A stretch of 64,000 bases of DNA from Antedon mediterranea (taxonomy: Eukaryota; Animalia; Echinodermata), in assembly GCF_964355755.1 (NCBI RefSeq), contig NC_092680.1, positions 7,130,001 through 7,194,000 of the forward strand. The letters run 5' to 3'. A model generated the notes under the pieces. The model was not told where the DNA came from. It worked only from the letters and a program-made list of their open reading frames with translations, and did no database searches. Position numbers and translations under genes: made by a program. Below are positions 61,683 to 64,000 of this stretch, one piece after another; position 1 is the stretch's first letter, and the number at the start of each line of letters is the position of its first letter.

Positions 61683-63199
61683 TTAAAGTGTATGTATCAT
61701 AATGAATGATTTATTATGAAATTAAGAGAAAAAAGTTGATTACGTCATCATTAATTGCATATTAAATTTAAACAATATAATTTCGACAATCAAACAAACT
61801 ATGAGTCTTTTTTTGGACCAAAATAACAAACTTAACATTAATCTTCTGTTTTTAGGCCTAACTGTTCCTATGTTAAAGTTAAAAGTATATACTTTGAAAG
61901 TGCACATTTTTTTAATTTTTTAAAGATGTCATCATAGAGACCGGCAGCCCAGAGACATTGGTTAGATGAGCTAGGTACATATTTTTTGTAAATTGATTCT
62001 TTGGCCGGAATCATTTGGTTTCTCAAGATTGATCGAAAGATTCCATTTCGCTTGAAAACGAATTGTTTTGTAAAATGATTTTCCTTCCTTTTAGCTTGTG
62101 TTATGGTATTTTGTTTGTGTTGTCTTTTTTTTTGTCTATAATGATTTACCTTGAAACACCGTTGCGTGTAAGAAACCAACTAGCCTATATAATCTAGATA
62201 TATATAGTTTTAGGGGGAGATATTAACTTGGATCCTAGTAAAGCTGTCTTGACAGCATTTGACAAATACTGTAAGAATTTTCTTAAAGTTGCCTGGAAAA
62301 AAAGATCCGAGTTAAAAAAGAGCTAATTTGCATTGTTGCTTTATAATTTTGTTTATTAATTTTCACTATATATTGTATTTAATGTTGCAGAGAAAGACTG
62401 GTGTACATCTCTGTAAATCTTTTTAAATTACTATTTGTGTTTACTGTATTCGTTGATCTTAAAGTTTATTTTCATACTTTAATTTGTTAATTAACTATTG
62501 TATAATTCATTTCCTTTTCTTTTTCTTTAAACTTATGAACGCACCGTCATAAAACGTGTGCCGCTGTTCTAAAAGCGTCTGTTCAAATAAAGTTATTTAT
62601 TATATAAATTCTTATAAGATTGGTATTAGTGCATTGATCCCGTAATAATTAAAGCATCCTTTCATTGGGTGATCTTATCCATCCGGGTTATAAAATCAAT
62701 ACTGGTAAATCGTTCATAATTCTAAGCTTGATGTATTTTGCCTAGGATATGATATGACTAAGTTATCCGCGCAGTTTATTTACTGCTAATGTAATAATAA
62801 ATACAATTTAAAGTATTGCATGCTCTAACGTCAAACGATTTGAAAGTAGACCAAATGACCCACCGGTAAACAAAAAGTAAAACCGTTGCTAGAACATGAT
62901 TAGTTTTTTATTTTGAAATACATTTAAGATTAATAACGCATACTATTATATTTAAACTTATTTAATTTCACTTCGAAATCAATAATTGTGTTAATAATTA
63001 ATGCATTTTACGTTAAAGGCCAAAACTCGAATAGCGAAAGCTGATTAATTGGTCTTGTTTGACATTTTCAGCAATTTCTGTCGGTTGGTCAACACTATTA
63101 TGTCGGTACACACTAACTCAAATTCATATTTTTTCATTATTGGAATATAATAATAATAGTGTTCAATTTACTATAGAGCAAAATGCAGGACGCCTCTAC

Positions 63200-63772
63200 G
63201 CGCTGAACAATCAACAGAAAAAAAGGAGCAAAAACTAAAAATGCAAATTAAAAAGGTGGGATTTCAGGAGTTGTTTGAATGTGGTGAGTGATTCAGCATT
63301 CCTGATATAATTTGGACGGGCCTTTCAGAGAACAGCAGCTGCCCAAGAAAAGGCACGTTGTCCATACAATTTTGTTGAAGGCCGTGTAGGTATAGGCCTG
63401 AGTAAAACCTTAGATGATGACCTAAGAGTTAGTTTTGGCTTGTATGGAGAAATGATATCAGATAGAAAAGAGCCATGTTATGAAGTGATTTGAAAGTAAT
63501 GAGAAGAATTGTACATATTATTCTCTTCTCAACTGGCAACCAATGTAGATGTTCCAGTACTGTTGTTATGTTTTGACATGATGGGATGCGAAGAACCAGA
63601 CGGGCAGCAATGTTCTGAACACGCTGAACCTTAGCGATAGTTTTAGCTGGAAGCCCGCAAAGAAGAGAGTTGCAAGAGTCGAGCCTGGATGGAAAAAATG
63701 CATGGACCAATATTTCTGTCGATTTAGAGTCTAAATACTTTCGAACATGTCCAATCTTGCAACTTTTACCCT
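63200..63772 (-). mobile_element. L2-clade LINE ORF2 3' fragment
   Basis: IGHVRKYLDSKSTEILVHAFFPSRLDSCNSLLCGLPAKTIAKVQRVQNIAARLV...LEHLHWLPVEKRI, followed by a frameshifted YGQRAFSWAAAVLWKARP segment. Confidence 0.85.
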
Positions 63773-63781
63773 TATGTCCGG

Positions 63782-63842
63782 ATAATAATAATAATAATAA
63801 TAACACTAATAACACCAATAATAACAATAATAATAATAATAT
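63782..63842. repeat. (AAT)n microsatellite
   Basis: About 20 imperfect AAT/AAC triplets. Confidence 0.95.
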
Positions 63843-64000
63843 TTATTTGGAACAACACTTGTTTAACAGTGACACACATGCGTAGATTGTGCGTCCATAC
63901 CAATTACAAAATGTAATACAAAAACAATGGAAAATAAAAACTGAAACAAAAATAAAACATATTTGAGATAACGACATACAATTGAACTCGACGCTATTAC

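Noticed and set aside
58200-63200. Additional protein-coding gene in the right-hand region
   Set aside because: I found no ORF with recognisable homology and no consistent exon chain. The sequence looks like intergenic DNA with repeat fragments.
63670-63885. Poly-Asn ORF, and the Leu-rich 'signal peptide' of ORF 63429-63827
   Set aside because: Both come from the (AAT)n microsatellite abutting an L2 fragment.

Overview
AT-rich, intron-containing animal genomic DNA. It is most likely from a marine invertebrate (echinoderm-like, inferred from the repeat families and not proven). I reconstructed five spliced protein-coding genes by hand from GT-AG sites with consistent phases: (1) the first two coding exons of a signal-peptide, MRH-like protein (minus strand, runs off the left edge); (2) INTS14/VWA9 (plus, 7 coding exons, 503 aa), head-to-head with gene 1; (3) an OTUD7/Cezanne deubiquitinase (minus, 8 coding exons, 801 aa); (4) ALKBH7 (minus, 4 exons, 271 aa); (5) an NKCC-type SLC12A cotransporter (minus, 23 coding exons, 1051 aa). 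Introns and the right-hand intergenic region are full of non-autonomous DNA transposons (PIF/Harbinger-like, TTAA/Kolobok-like, hAT, Tc1-like, Academ-like), tRNA-derived SINEs, LINE fragments and minisatellites. The most unusual items are a DINE-1/Helentron-like element carrying two tRNA-Val-derived cassettes in an INTS14 intron, a uORF whose stop overlaps the OTUD7 start codon (ATGA), and a partition of TAGGCCTA versus TACAGTA words between promoter-proximal DNA and gene bodies. No CRISPR array, rRNA or prokaryotic system is present.
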